From contig OZ241745.1 of the NCBI GenBank assembly GCA_965201115.1, positions 2,534,340-2,598,339 of the forward strand: a stretch of 64,000 nt of DNA. The letters run 5' to 3'. The translations under genes and the position numbers were made by a program. Source of the stretch: Alphaproteobacteria bacterium (lineage in GTDB: Bacteria > Pseudomonadota > Alphaproteobacteria > UBA7887). Shown in pieces: positions 1 to 10,193 of the stretch; the stretch's first letter is position 1; each line of letters begins with the position of its first letter. Below the pieces are notes generated by a model. The model had not been told where the DNA came from. It saw only the letters and a list, made by a program, of their open reading frames with translations, and made no database searches.

Positions 1-540
1 GTGACGTCGGACCCCGACCGGGTCGCCGCCGCCGACCGCATCGTGCTGCCGGGCGTGGGCGCGTTCGCCGACTGCATGGCGGGAATATGCGCCATCGCCG
101 GGCTGCGCGCGGCGCTCGAACGCGCGGCGCTCGAACGCGCCCGGCCGCTGCTCGGCATCTGCGTCGGCATGCAGCTGATGGCGGCGGAAAGCCGGGAACA
201 CGGCCGCCACCGGGGCTTCGGCTGGCTCGACGCCGCGGTGGAGCGCCTGGCGCCGCGCGACCCGGCGCTGAAAATCCCGCATATGGGGTGGAACGCGCTG
301 ATCCCGCGCCGCGCGCACCCGCTGCTGGAGGGCCTACCCGCGGGCGCGCACGGCTATTTCGTCCACAGCTACGGCCTCGCGCCGCGCGACCCGGCCGACC
401 TGCTGGCGCATGCCGACTACGGGGGGCCGGTAACGGCGGCCGTCGCCCGCGGCAACCTGGCCGGAACGCAGTTCCACCCTGAGAAGAGCCAGCGCACGGG
501 GCTGCGCATACTCGCCAATTTCGTGCGCTGGCGCCCCTGA
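1..540 (+). CDS. hisH: Imidazole glycerol phosphate synthase, glutamine amidotransferase subunit (probably 5'-truncated by the window edge)
   Basis: [30 protein letters not shown] and QFHPEKS motifs; first gene of a his cluster. Confidence 0.95.
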   Translation: MTSDPDRVAAADRIVLPGVGAFADCMAGICAIAGLRAALERAALERARPLLGICVGMQLMAAESREHGRHRGFGWLDAAVERLAPRDPALKIPHMGWNALIPRRAHPLLEGLPAGAHGYFVHSYGLAPRDPADLLAHADYGGPVTAAVARGNLAGTQFHPEKSQRTGLRILANFVRWRP

Positions 541-1058
541 TGCCCGCACTCGCGGTGGAACGGGCGGAGCGCCTCGGCGACGCCGATCTCGCCGATCTGA
601 CGCGCGCCGCCGTCGAGGCGATCGAGGGCGGCATCGGGTTCGGATGGATCGAGCCGCCGCCGCGCTGGCGGCTCTCGGCCTATTGGCGCGGCGTGCTTCT
701 GGTGCCGGAGCGCGAGCTCTGGCTCGGACGGCTCGACGGGCGCGCGGTGGGGTCGGTCCAGCTGGTCAAACCCCCGCCGGCCAACGAAGCGGGCGATTTC
801 GCCGCGTCGATCGATACGCATTTCGTCGCCCCGTCGGCGCGCGGCCACGGGTTGGCGCGCATGTTGCTCGACGCGGCCGAGGCCGCGGCGCGCAAACAGG
901 GCTTCAGCGTCATGCGCCTCGACGTCCGCGAGACGCAGGAGCGCGCCATCCGCCTCTACGAAAGCCGCGGCTACGAACGTTGGGGCACCCTCGACCGCTA
1001 CCACCGCGTCGCCGGGGCCATGGTCGCCGGGCATTTTTACGTCAAGGACCTGGCGTGA
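540..1058 (+). CDS. GNAT family N-acetyltransferase
   Basis: VAPSARGHGLARMLL acetyl-CoA motif, LDVRETQERAIRLYESRGY; start/stop overlaps with hisH and hisA. Confidence 0.85.
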   Translation: MPALAVERAERLGDADLADLTRAAVEAIEGGIGFGWIEPPPRWRLSAYWRGVLLVPERELWLGRLDGRAVGSVQLVKPPPANEAGDFAASIDTHFVAPSARGHGLARMLLDAAEAAARKQGFSVMRLDVRETQERAIRLYESRGYERWGTLDRYHRVAGAMVAGHFYVKDLA

Positions 1059-1795
1059 ACGGCTTCACGCTGTATCCCGCCATCGACCTCAAGGACGGCG
1101 CGTGCGTGCGCCTGCTGCGGGGCGACATGGCGCGCGCAACGATCTATTCGCGAGACCCGCCGGCGCAGGCGCGTGCGTTCGAGGCCGCGGGCGCGCGCTG
1201 GCTCCATGTCGTCGATCTCGACGGCGCGTTCGCGGGGCGCGCGGTCAACGGCGGCGCGGTGGCGCGCATCGCCGCCGAAACCGGCCTGTCGATACAGTTC
1301 GGCGGCGGGGTACGGACGCTCGCATCGGTCGAGGAGTGGCTCGAACGCGGCGTGGCGCGCGTCGTGCTCGGCACCGCGGCGGCGCGCGACCCCGCGCTCG
1401 TCCGCGAGGCCTGTCGGCGTTTTCCCGGCCGCGTCGCGCTGGGGATAGATGCGCGCGGCGGCCGCGTCGCCGTGGCGGGCTGGGCGGAAGATACCGACAT
1501 CGCGGCCTCCGAACTCGCGCGCGCCTATGAGGATTCGGGCGCCGCCGCCATTGTCCACACCGACATCGCCCGCGACGGCGCGCTCGGCGGGGTCGATGCC
1601 GAAGCCTGCGCTGCGTTCGCCGCCCCGCTCTCGACCCCGGTCATCGCGTCCGGCGGCGCGGCGCGTCTCGACGACCTGCTGGCGCTCGAGCGGCAATCCG
1701 CCGCCGGCGTGGCCGGCGCGATTTGCGGGCGCGCGCTCTACGACGGGCGCATCGATCTCGCGCAAGCGCTGGCCGCGCTCGCCGCGCCATGCTGA
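1055..1795 (+). CDS. hisA: ProFAR isomerase
   Basis: GTG at 1055 overlapping the GNAT stop; [44 protein letters not shown]. Confidence 0.95.
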   Translation: MNGFTLYPAIDLKDGACVRLLRGDMARATIYSRDPPAQARAFEAAGARWLHVVDLDGAFAGRAVNGGAVARIAAETGLSIQFGGGVRTLASVEEWLERGVARVVLGTAAARDPALVREACRRFPGRVALGIDARGGRVAVAGWAEDTDIAASELARAYEDSGAAAIVHTDIARDGALGGVDAEACAAFAAPLSTPVIASGGAARLDDLLALERQSAAGVAGAICGRALYDGRIDLAQALAALAAPC

Positions 1796-2559
1796 AGACG
1801 CGCATAATCCCCTGCCTCGACGTCAAGGGCGGCAGGGTGGTCAAGGGCGTCAATTTCGTGGACTTGGTCGATGCCGGCGACCCGGTGGAGCAGGCGCGCG
1901 TGTACGACGCGGCGGGCGCGGACGAACTGTGCTTTCTCGACATAACCGCGTCGAGCGACGCCCGCGGCATTATCCTCGAGGTCGTCGCGCGAACCGCCGA
2001 ACAATGCTTCATGCCGCTCACAGTTGGCGGCGGGGTGCGCGCGTCCGACGACATCCGCCGGCTGCTGCTGGCCGGCGCCGACAAGGTTTCGATCAACACC
2101 GCGGCCGTGCGCCGGCCCGAACTGGTGCGCGAGGCGGCGCGGAAATTCGGCTCGCAATGCATTACCGTGGCTATCGATGCAAAATGGGCGTCGGCCGACC
2201 GGGCGGAGATATTCACCCACGGCGGGCGGCGCCCGACGGGTATCGAAGCGGTCGGATGGGCGCGGCGCATGGCCGCATACGGCGCGGGCGAAATCCTGCT
2301 TACGTCGATGGACCGCGACGGCACGCGCCGGGGTTTCGACACGCGCCTCACCCGCGCCATCGCCGACGCCGTGCCGATCCCCACCATCGCGTCGGGCGGC
2401 GCGGGAACGCTCGACCACCTGGTAGAGGCCGCGCGCGACGGCCGCGCCGGCGCCGTGCTCGCCGCCTCGATCTTCCACTTCGGCGAGTATTCGATAGCGC
2501 AGGCCAAGGCCCACATGACCGCCGCCGGCGTCGCCGTCCGCCCGGTCGAGGGCGCTTGA
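1789..2559 (+). CDS. hisF: Imidazole glycerol phosphate synthase, cyclase subunit
   Basis: [51 protein letters not shown]. Confidence 0.97.
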   Translation: MLKTRIIPCLDVKGGRVVKGVNFVDLVDAGDPVEQARVYDAAGADELCFLDITASSDARGIILEVVARTAEQCFMPLTVGGGVRASDDIRRLLLAGADKVSINTAAVRRPELVREAARKFGSQCITVAIDAKWASADRAEIFTHGGRRPTGIEAVGWARRMAAYGAGEILLTSMDRDGTRRGFDTRLTRAIADAVPIPTIASGGAGTLDHLVEAARDGRAGAVLAASIFHFGEYSIAQAKAHMTAAGVAVRPVEGA

Positions 2560-2668
2560 CCCGGTGCGGCGAACGACTCGACACGGTTGCGCGACGATGG
2601 TACACAGGCGCCAGCAGTTCGGCGGCGCGGCGCCGACGATTGCCTCGATCTATGAAGGGGGAAGCGAT

Positions 2669-3529
2669 ATGACTGCACAAAAGTACACAGGACCTGTTTG
2701 TGTGTGCGTGATCAATATGAAGGGCGGCGTGGGCAAGTCGACAGTAGCTTTTCTGCTTGGTCGGTATGCGTCCGCGCGCCTCAAGCGCAAAGTATTGGTC
2801 ATCGATCTGGACCCCCAGGCCAACCTGTCTCAGGCCATTATGGGCGATCGGCGCTATCGAACGTTTCTGAGCGACCGGAAGCCGTCGATCGTGGAGGTTT
2901 TTTCCGGATATATGCCCCCTGCCGGCGGCGCATCCGCTCCCGGGCGACTCGGCGGCGTTGCGCTATCCCAAGGCGATAATTTGGAACTCATCCCTTCACG
3001 ATTCGATTTCTCCACTAATCTTGTCAACGGTATGAAAACGGATGAACGCATGCTCGCGCGCTGCATCGCCGACCGATTTCAAGATAAAGATTTGGTAATC
3101 ATGGACTGTTCCCCTACGGAGTCTGTTTTCACTCGTGTGGCTTATCACGCCTCCCGCTTTGTGTTGGTTCCTGTAAGACCGGAATACCTTGCTACGATAG
3201 GATTCCCGTTGCTCCGACAGTCCCTCGACAGCTTCCGGAATGAAAATCGCGGTCATGAAATCGACGTTCTGGGTATCGTAATCAACGATTCTTATTACGC
3301 AGGCAGAGGCGCGGACAGACCGGAGAAAAGAGCATCGTTGCAAGAGATCCGTACGGAATCCAAGCAGAACAATTGGCGTGTATTCGACAACGAAATACCT
3401 TTTTCTCTCGGCTTCCCCAAGTGGATGCGCGGCGATTTCACCTATTCCGGCAACGCATATAAATATGAATATTTTGCAGAAGAGTTTTTCAAACATCTCG
3501 ATACGGAGGTTGCGGGCGATGGACAATAA
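2669..3529 (+). CDS. ParA/Soj family ATPase (AT-richer cassette)
   Basis: Deviant Walker A NMKGGVGKST, VIDLDPQANLS, IMDCSP; AAGGGGG RBS-like sequence before ATG 2669. Confidence 0.85.
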   Translation: MTAQKYTGPVCVCVINMKGGVGKSTVAFLLGRYASARLKRKVLVIDLDPQANLSQAIMGDRRYRTFLSDRKPSIVEVFSGYMPPAGGASAPGRLGGVALSQGDNLELIPSRFDFSTNLVNGMKTDERMLARCIADRFQDKDLVIMDCSPTESVFTRVAYHASRFVLVPVRPEYLATIGFPLLRQSLDSFRNENRGHEIDVLGIVINDSYYAGRGADRPEKRASLQEIRTESKQNNWRVFDNEIPFSLGFPKWMRGDFTYSGNAYKYEYFAEEFFKHLDTEVAGDGQ

Positions 3530-4106
3530 GCTATATACGGAACTGCGTTCCATTGTTCTCCGCTACGGTTTTAAACCGGTCAATCGCGCGCTTTGCGAAG
3601 TCGGTCGCGACCTCGGTCGCGACGCGGTTGCCGACAACCCGGTTAGAGCACGGTCGTCGGTTATGGGCCGAAGGGCGCCGAAACGGCCTCGGCCGACGGT
3701 GGCGGATCGTGTCCGGAAGATGGTTCTGCCGGAAGATCGTCGGTCTGTACTCATGGAAGCGGCGGAACGATTCGATCGCAAATCGTTTGTACGGACCATA
3801 GGCGACGTGCGAAACTTTTGGGAGATTTACGGGCTTGCCGGGCCACTGCCCAAATCGCGCGCCTCTGCCGTTCCGAGACTTTTCGACTACTTGGCGTCGA
3901 TGGACACAACGAATCTCAGGGAGTTGCTGGACAGCGGCCAATTCTCCGGCCCCTCGCGCCTCGGCCCCATCGCCGACGCGATTCGCGAATTGAGCCGCGA
4001 GCGTATTCGCGCCTACAACGAACGGAACGGATTGCCGGACAACCCGGAACGGGTATCCGCCGCGGGCGCGGAAGATCCGGATGGCGCGGCCGATGACCGA
4101 AGCTAG
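3519..4106 (+). CDS. Hypothetical protein translationally coupled to the ParA
   Basis: ATG 3519 preceded by GGAGG and overlapping the ParA stop; protein-like sequence; same AT-richer composition as the ParA gene. Confidence 0.7.
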   Translation: MDNKLYTELRSIVLRYGFKPVNRALCEVGRDLGRDAVADNPVRARSSVMGRRAPKRPRPTVADRVRKMVLPEDRRSVLMEAAERFDRKSFVRTIGDVRNFWEIYGLAGPLPKSRASAVPRLFDYLASMDTTNLRELLDSGQFSGPSRLGPIADAIRELSRERIRAYNERNGLPDNPERVSAAGAEDPDGAADDRS

Positions 4107-4542
4107 AGGCGGGAATCCGGCCGTGCAGGGCGAATCGACCGGCGCCCCCCGCGTCAATGCGTCGGTTCTCGACCGGATCGCTTTCGGGGCGGACGGGCTG
4201 GCGCCGGTCATCGCGCAGCAACACGATACGGGCGAGGTGCTGATGATGGCGTGGATGGACCGCGAGGCCGCGGCGGAAACGCTGGCGACCGGGCGCATGT
4301 GTTACCGGTCGCGCAGCCGGGGCAGGCTCTGGCGCAAGGGCGAAAGCTCCGGCCAAGTACAGCATCTCATCGCGCTGCGGCTCGATTGCGATGGCGACGC
4401 GCTGCTCGCGCTGGTCGATCAGTCCGGCGTGGCGTGCCACACCGGGCGGCGCTCGTGCTTTTTCATCGAGCTCGGCGCAAGCGGGGCGCGCGAAATCGCC
4501 GCGCCGATGACGTCGCCGGAGGCGCTCTATGGCCGGCGATAG
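4093..4542 (+). CDS. hisI: Phosphoribosyl-AMP cyclohydrolase (exact start uncertain)
   Basis: [43 protein letters not shown]. Confidence 0.95.
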   Translation: MTEARGGNPAVQGESTGAPRVNASVLDRIAFGADGLAPVIAQQHDTGEVLMMAWMDREAAAETLATGRMCYRSRSRGRLWRKGESSGQVQHLIALRLDCDGDALLALVDQSGVACHTGRRSCFFIELGASGAREIAAPMTSPEALYGRR

Positions 4543-4885
4543 CGCGGCTGTGCTGGCGCGCCTGTTCGCCGTAATCGAGTCGCGGCGCGGCGGCGACCCC
4601 GAGCGCTCCTATGTCGCGAGGCGGCTGGCGGGCGGGACGCCGGACATCGCCCGCAAGGTGGGCGAGGAGGCCGTCGAAACCGTTATCGCCGCGATGGAGC
4701 GCGACCCCCGCGCGCTGGCGGAGGAAAGCGCCGACTTGCTGTTTCACCTGATGATCCTGTGGGCCGATGCGGGCATTGCGCCCGAGCGCGTCTATGCCGT
4801 GCTGGCGCGCCGCGAAGGCGTCTCGGGGCACGACGAAAAACGCGCGCGGCGCGGCGGCGGCGCGGGCAAGGGAGACACGCCATGA
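4529..4885 (+). CDS. hisE: Phosphoribosyl-ATP pyrophosphohydrolase
   Basis: [27 protein letters not shown]. Confidence 0.95.
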   Translation: MAGDSAAVLARLFAVIESRRGGDPERSYVARRLAGGTPDIARKVGEEAVETVIAAMERDPRALAEESADLLFHLMILWADAGIAPERVYAVLARREGVSGHDEKRARRGGGAGKGDTP

Positions 4886-5244
4886 GCTACGACGACGACA
4901 ACGTGTTCGCGAAAATCCTGCGCGGGGACATCCCCGCCGACAAGGTGTACGAAAACGACCACGCGCTGGCGTTCCGCGACATCGCCCGCTTGGCGCCGAC
5001 GCATGTTCTCGTCATCCCGAAGAGGAAATACATATCGCTCGACGACTTCTCCGAACGCGCAAGCGACGCCGAACTCGCCGGGTTCATGCGCGCGCTTGGC
5101 CACGTCGCGCGCGCGTGCGGCGTCGCGGAAACGGGCTTTCGCGCCGTGAGCAACAACGGCGAACACGGCGGCCAGGAAGTGCCGCACTTCCACGTCCACA
5201 TCGTCGGCGGGCGCCGGCTCGGCGGCTTCGCCCGCCACGTGTAG
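4882..5244 (+). CDS. Histidine triad (HIT) nucleotide-binding protein
   Basis: [21 protein letters not shown] motif VPHFHVHI. Confidence 0.93.
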   Translation: MSYDDDNVFAKILRGDIPADKVYENDHALAFRDIARLAPTHVLVIPKRKYISLDDFSERASDAELAGFMRALGHVARACGVAETGFRAVSNNGEHGGQEVPHFHVHIVGGRRLGGFARHV

Positions 5245-5267
5245 CCGCGCAACCGCGCGCGGGCCGG

Positions 5268-5693
5268 TCAGGCCTGGATATATTCGCGGAGCTGGTCGGC
5301 TTCGCGTTGGGCGCTTTCGATACGGCTTTTCACTGCGTCGCCGATGCTCACGACGCCGGCGAGTTCGCCGCCCTCCAGTACGGGAAGGTGGCGAATGCGA
5401 TGCGTCGTCATCAGGTTCATCACATCGTCGATCGAGGTGTCGGGCGCGCAGGAGATGACGTCGGCGGTCATCAGTTCGCGCACGCTGGCGTGCAGGCAAT
5501 CCGCGCCGAGCCGGGCGGCGGCGCGGATGACGTCGCGCTCCGACACCACGCCGACCAAGCGGCCTTCCTCGGCCACAACGGCGGCGCCGATGCGGCGCTC
5601 GACCAACACTTTCAACAGCGCGGTGACGGGCTCTTCGGGACCGATCGTAAACAGGTCGGTGCCCTTGGCCTTCAGTATATCGCGCACATACAT
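5268..5693 (-). CDS. CBS domain-containing protein
   Basis: Two CBS repeats (GVVSERDV; IRHLPV...GVVSIGDAV). Confidence 0.9.
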   Translation of the reverse strand: MYVRDILKAKGTDLFTIGPEEPVTALLKVLVERRIGAAVVAEEGRLVGVVSERDVIRAAARLGADCLHASVRELMTADVISCAPDTSIDDVMNLMTTHRIRHLPVLEGGELAGVVSIGDAVKSRIESAQREADQLREYIQA

Positions 5694-5808
5694 GGCGCGT
5701 TCCCTCCTCGCGGGCGCGGGTCCTGTCCCGCCGCGCGGCTGGGCCGGGAGGCTCGGCGCGGGCTTCGCCCCCGTGCGGGGCCGCGCGCCAGCGGGGCCGG
5801 GCGGCGTC

Positions 5809-6093
5809 TCAGTGGTCGTGGTCCCACGGGCTGTGTTTCACCTCCGGGGGCAGCCACACCTTTCGGTATTCCTGTTGCAGGACCTTTTCGCGCGCGATTT
5901 CGTCACGGTCCGAGAGCCCGGCGTAGCGGGCCTCGGTGGGGCTGCGGAAGCCGCGGCTCAGATAGGGCGCCGAGACCATGCGTTCGATCGGCGCGTCGCA
6001 GTCCGGGCAGCGGTATTCCGGCTTTTCGTTCATGCCGTGCATGGTGCGGTAGATGATCTTGCACGGTTCGCAGAGATATTCGTAGGCGGGCAT
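5809..6093 (-). CDS. FmdB family zinc-ribbon protein
   Basis: MPAYEYLCEPC...CPDC...IERMVSAP signature. Confidence 0.85.
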   Translation of the reverse strand: MPAYEYLCEPCKIIYRTMHGMNEKPEYRCPDCDAPIERMVSAPYLSRGFRSPTEARYAGLSDRDEIAREKVLQQEYRKVWLPPEVKHSPWDHDH

Positions 6094-6193
6094 GGCGCGG
6101 CCCTTCGTTGCGGACGCTTGCGGTTGCGGGGGCAAGGGATGGCCGGCGGCGCCGGCCATCCCCCGTTTGCCGGTTTCGGGCGCCTGTTCGGGC

Positions 6194-7516
6194 TCAGCCG
6201 AAATCGACGATGGGCGCCTCGCGGCCGCTGTCGTTCATGGCGGTCTTGAGGCCCCACATGCGCGCCGCGTTGCCGCCGAGGATCTTCGCCTTGATCTCGT
6301 CGGTCAGCTGCGGGTAGCCGTGGCCCTCGATCAGCTCGTCCGGTATCTGGAAGCGGCGGAACGCGTCGATCTGCCACTGCGGGTTGCCCCACAGGACCGA
6401 GTCGGTCCCCCACATCACATAGTCCGGGCCGAGGTCGCGCACCAGCGTGCCGAGCACATGGGCGCACTCGACGGGCCGGCTCGACACGGTGGCGGCGAAG
6501 GTGGAACCGATCTCGCAATAGAGGTTATTGCGCTGCGGCTTGAACCCCTTGAGCGCCGCGAGCTCGGCGTGATACGGCCATGCCGAGTGGAACGCGATGA
6601 AGTTGAGATCGAGGAAGTCGTCGCACGCCTTGTCGAAGTCTTCCGCGTGCGCGTAACGCGCCATGAACTGGCCGAACGGGATGCCCTTGTGGCAGCCGAT
6701 GTTCTTGATGCCGAGTTCGCGGCAACGCTCCCAGATCGGGTAGGCGCGCTCCTCGTCGTCGAACCACCAGCCCTTTTCCTTCGTCGAGTCGAAGGTGTAG
6801 AGCTTGAGGCCGGAGATGTTGTAGTCGCTCACGAACATGTCGAGCCGCTCGAGGGTCTCCGACACGCCCTGGTTCGGCGTCAGCCCGCCGCCCATCATGA
6901 TGGTCTGCGCCGGCCAGCGCTCCTTGACCTGGGCCTGGTACTCGATCGGCACCATGTCGCGTCCGCCGTAGTCCTCGCGGAAGCCGAACGGGTTGAACAC
7001 GGCGACGTCGGTGTCGCTGCCCTCGAGGATCAGCTTGCCGAAGTTCTCGACGTTCATGTCGGAAGTGCCGTTTTCCAGGCCCATCGCCTTGCCGAGGCCG
7101 TCGAGCAGATCGACGAACCACATGCCCTGCGGGGTTGTGTTGACGCCCTCGACATAGCCCTCGGGCCGCGTGCAGACATGGCTGTGCATGTCGATGACGT
7201 AGCCCATCCGGTCCTTGATGGTGGCGGCCACCTCGTCGAGCGCGGCCATCTCCTTCGCCTCGGCGTCGGAGACGTTGAAGAACTTCATGCCGGTGGCGGC
7301 GTTGACGGCGAGCATGGCGCCGGTGAAACCGAGCGCGGACTTGAAGAACTCGCGCCGCGGCAGCTCGGAGCCGCCGGCCATCTCGTCCATGCGCTGGCGC
7401 ACCTGGCGGCCGAGGCCGCCCGAGCGGAAATACGCCGTGCCGGACTCGTAGGGATCGGCGGGATTCACGCGCCCCCCTTCGAAGCCTCTGAAGGCGTTGA
7501 GGAAGTTGAACTCCAT
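6194..7516 (-). CDS. Amidohydrolase (Amidohydro_2-like) with internal twin-arginine-like motif
   Basis: VIDMHSH metal motif, FHSAWP, VMWGTDS, KILGGNAAR; PRREFFKS followed by a hydrophobic stretch; GGGAGGAG RBS. Confidence 0.85.
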   Translation of the reverse strand: MEFNFLNAFRGFEGGRVNPADPYESGTAYFRSGGLGRQVRQRMDEMAGGSELPRREFFKSALGFTGAMLAVNAATGMKFFNVSDAEAKEMAALDEVAATIKDRMGYVIDMHSHVCTRPEGYVEGVNTTPQGMWFVDLLDGLGKAMGLENGTSDMNVENFGKLILEGSDTDVAVFNPFGFREDYGGRDMVPIEYQAQVKERWPAQTIMMGGGLTPNQGVSETLERLDMFVSDYNISGLKLYTFDSTKEKGWWFDDEERAYPIWERCRELGIKNIGCHKGIPFGQFMARYAHAEDFDKACDDFLDLNFIAFHSAWPYHAELAALKGFKPQRNNLYCEIGSTFAATVSSRPVECAHVLGTLVRDLGPDYVMWGTDSVLWGNPQWQIDAFRRFQIPDELIEGHGYPQLTDEIKAKILGGNAARMWGLKTAMNDSGREAPIVDFG

Positions 7517-7729
7517 TGCTTCTCCTCCCGGGTTCGGGTGTTTCGTTGCCGGCCGGAGCCGGTTCGCGAGCCCGCGGTCGTCGCGTCAGACGAATGCCGC
7601 GGCGCGGGAAGCAGGCCATCGCCCCGCGCCGCGCGCCCCGGCGCCGCGGCCCCTCGCCGGCCGCCGCGCCCGCGGGCCGCCCCGCCGACGCGGTCATGCT
7701 AGCACGTCCGCCGCGCCCGCGCCAACACG

Positions 7730-7765
7730 AAAAAACCGGCATGCCGCGCGCCGGCAGGGCCGGGG
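7730..7765 (-). terminator. Probable Rho-independent terminator after the cupredoxin gene
   Basis: Minus strand: GC stem (ccggc..tgccg / cggca..gccgg) followed by TTTTTT, immediately after the stop at 7767. Confidence 0.6.
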
Positions 7766-7766
7766 G

Positions 7767-8129
7767 TCACTCGGCGGCGACCACCGTCAGCGTGGCCTTC
7801 ATGGGCGGATGCACGCCGCAGATGTAGGGGATTTCGGCGGGCGCGTCGAAGCGCAGCAGCGCGGTGCCGCCCGGCATCATGATGCCGGTGTTGAACTCGC
7901 GCATTTCGCCGACGGCGCTATGTTCGATATTGTGGGTATTGGTGAAGTGGATGCAGTCGCCCTGACGCACCTCGACGTGCGAAGGGACGAAGGTCCAGGT
8001 GATTTCCACTCGGTGGACCTCGGCGCACTCGTCGGCGCTGCGCACATTCGTTACCCCCTCGCCGGCGAGCGCGGGCGCGGCGGCGGCGAGACACGCGGCG
8101 CACGCCGCAAGAAACGGAAGTCGGCTCAT
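7767..8129 (-). CDS. Secreted cupredoxin (plastocyanin/amicyanin-like blue copper protein)
   Basis: Signal peptide; HSA and YICGVHPPM type-1 copper ligand pattern. Confidence 0.85.
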   Translation of the reverse strand: MSRLPFLAACAACLAAAAPALAGEGVTNVRSADECAEVHRVEITWTFVPSHVEVRQGDCIHFTNTHNIEHSAVGEMREFNTGIMMPGGTALLRFDAPAEIPYICGVHPPMKATLTVVAAE

Positions 8130-8282
8130 GGCGTCATGACCATCGCAGGTTCGGAACGGGGGCGGCACGCTGGCGGCCGCGCCGCGCCGAGTCAAGCGCG
8201 GCCCCGCGCGCTTGGGCCGCCGGCGGCCCGTCGGCCTCTTGGCCGCGGCGGCCCCCCGCGGGCGGCGCGCGCGCCCGCGCTC

Positions 8283-8453
8283 ATGGCGGCGCCGGCGGCC
8301 GCGCCCGATGCGCCCATCGATCGCACGGCGGCGACCTGCCTCGCGGGGCCGGACGGGCGCGGCTGGGCGCGCTTTCCGTGGGGCGCGCCGGCGGCGGACC
8401 TTGCGGCGGCGATTCGCCGTTTCATGGCGCGCGAGAGCAGCGATGGCGGTTGA
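8283..8453 (+). pseudogene. Possible remnant of the C-terminus of a SCO/SenC-family gene
   Basis: IDRTAATCLAGPDGRGWARFPWGAPAADLAAAIRRF resembles the SCO C-terminal VDHS..YL.GPDG....F.......A..IR pattern; no CxxxC and no conserved His. Confidence 0.4.
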
Positions 8454-9231
8454 GACCGCGGAGCTGCTTGCGTTCGCCCACACGCTGGCGGACGCGGCGG
8501 GCGCGGTTGTGCGCCGCCACTTCCGCCGCGCGCCGGACATCGCGCAGAAGGACACGCCGCCGGGGCGCGGCCAGCCGGTGACGGAAGCCGACCGCGGCGC
8601 CGAGGAAGCCATGCGCGCGCGCATCGAGGCGCGCTACCCGGACCACGGCATTCTCGGCGAGGAGTGGGGCGCCGTCCGGCCCAATGCGCCGTGGCGGTGG
8701 GTTTTGGACCCCATCGACGGCACGCGGGCGTTTCTCGCGGGCTTCCCGTTGTTCGGCGCGATGATCGGCCTGACCTTCGAGGGGCGGCCGGTGCTGGGAA
8801 TCGTCGATCAGCCCGTGCTTGGAGAGCGCTTCTCAGGCTCGCCGCAAGGCGCGGAGCTGAACGGCGCGCCGATAACGCGCCGGCCCTGCGCCGGTCTCGA
8901 TGCGGCGGTGGCGGCGGTTACCGACCCGTCGATGTTCGCGGCGCCCGCGGAACTGGCGGCCTATGCGTATTTGCGCCGCCGCGCGGCCGCCGTGCAGCTC
9001 GGCGGCAACTGCTACGCCTATGCGATGCTCGCGGCGGGATGGCTCGACCTTGTAGTCGAGGCCGATCTCAAGCCGTGGGACGTCTGCGCGCTGGTTCCGC
9101 TGGTCGAGGCGGCGGGGGGAATCGTCGCCGGATGGGACGGCGGCGCGGCGACCGATTCGGCGAAAATCGTCGCGTGCGGCGACCGCCGCGTGTACGACGA
9201 AATCGCGCCGCTGCTCGCCGGCGCCGCCTGA
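8443..9231 (+). CDS. hisN: Histidinol-phosphatase, inositol monophosphatase family
   Basis: PVTEADRGAE, ILGEEWG, WVLDPIDGTRAF, LKPWD. Confidence 0.85.
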   Translation: MAVETAELLAFAHTLADAAGAVVRRHFRRAPDIAQKDTPPGRGQPVTEADRGAEEAMRARIEARYPDHGILGEEWGAVRPNAPWRWVLDPIDGTRAFLAGFPLFGAMIGLTFEGRPVLGIVDQPVLGERFSGSPQGAELNGAPITRRPCAGLDAAVAAVTDPSMFAAPAELAAYAYLRRRAAAVQLGGNCYAYAMLAAGWLDLVVEADLKPWDVCALVPLVEAAGGIVAGWDGGAATDSAKIVACGDRRVYDEIAPLLAGAA

Positions 9232-9280
9232 CGAGCGCCGCGCCGCGGCGTTCCCGGCCCGGGCGGCAGGCGCGCGCGAA

Positions 9281-10090
9281 CTACGCGCCGACGCGGCCCA
9301 GGAAGCCTCCGAGGGCGGCGTTGAAGCGCGCGGGCTGCTCGACATTCGCCAAATGCGCGGCCTGCGAGATGACGATGAGCTCCGACGCGGCGATGCGCTC
9401 ATGAATCGCCCGGTGCGCGGCGACGGGGGTCGCGGGGTCGTCCTCGCCCGCGACCAGCAGCGCGGGGGCGCGGATTTCCGACACGCGCTTGAGATAGTCG
9501 ATGCCGGCGATGGCATGGCAGCAGCCGACGAACCCCTCGACCGGCGTGGCGCGGATCATGGCGCCGATGCGCGCGAGTTCCGGCCCGTCCGATTCGCGGT
9601 ACCCCTCGGTGAACCACCGCGCGAGGGTGGCGTCGGCGAGCGCGGCCATGCCTTTTTCCCGCGCGCCGGCGATGCGCTCGGCCCACATGGCCTGCGCGCC
9701 TTCGGGCCATTCGGCCACCGTGTTGCACAGCGCCAGCGCGCTCACGCGGTCGCCGCGATGGATGCCGAGATGCTGACCGATCATCCCGCCCATCGAGCAG
9801 CCGCAGAAGGCGCTCTTTTCGATTCCGAGCGCGTCCCACAGCGCAAGGATGTCGGCGGCCAGCAACGCCATGTCGTAGGCCCCCGCGGGCGCCTCGGTGC
9901 GGCCGTGGCCGCGCGTGTCGTAGCGCAGCACGCGCCGGCGGTCGGAAAACGCCGCCGCCTGCGCGTCCCACATGCCCATGTTCGACGCCAGGCTGTTGGA
10001 AAAGGTAAGAACCGGCGCGTCTTCCGGCCCCTCGAGGCGGTATGCGATCTCGATGCCGTTGGCGCGCACGGCGCGGATGGCGTCGGACAT
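9281..10090 (-). CDS. pcaD: 3-oxoadipate enol-lactonase-like alpha/beta hydrolase
   Basis: FSNSLASNMGMW, LRYDTRGHG, GCSMGGM nucleophile elbow, AAHLANVEQP. Confidence 0.8.
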   Translation of the reverse strand: MSDAIRAVRANGIEIAYRLEGPEDAPVLTFSNSLASNMGMWDAQAAAFSDRRRVLRYDTRGHGRTEAPAGAYDMALLAADILALWDALGIEKSAFCGCSMGGMIGQHLGIHRGDRVSALALCNTVAEWPEGAQAMWAERIAGAREKGMAALADATLARWFTEGYRESDGPELARIGAMIRATPVEGFVGCCHAIAGIDYLKRVSEIRAPALLVAGEDDPATPVAAHRAIHERIAASELIVISQAAHLANVEQPARFNAALGGFLGRVGA

Positions 10091-10193
10091 GGCGTTTCTC
10101 CCCGCGCGCCGGCGAATCGGCTTCGCCGCGGGGCTGGCGCGCCGCCGCCCCGCCGCGTAATCTCACGCCCATAATAGGCGGGCGGGCGGCGCA

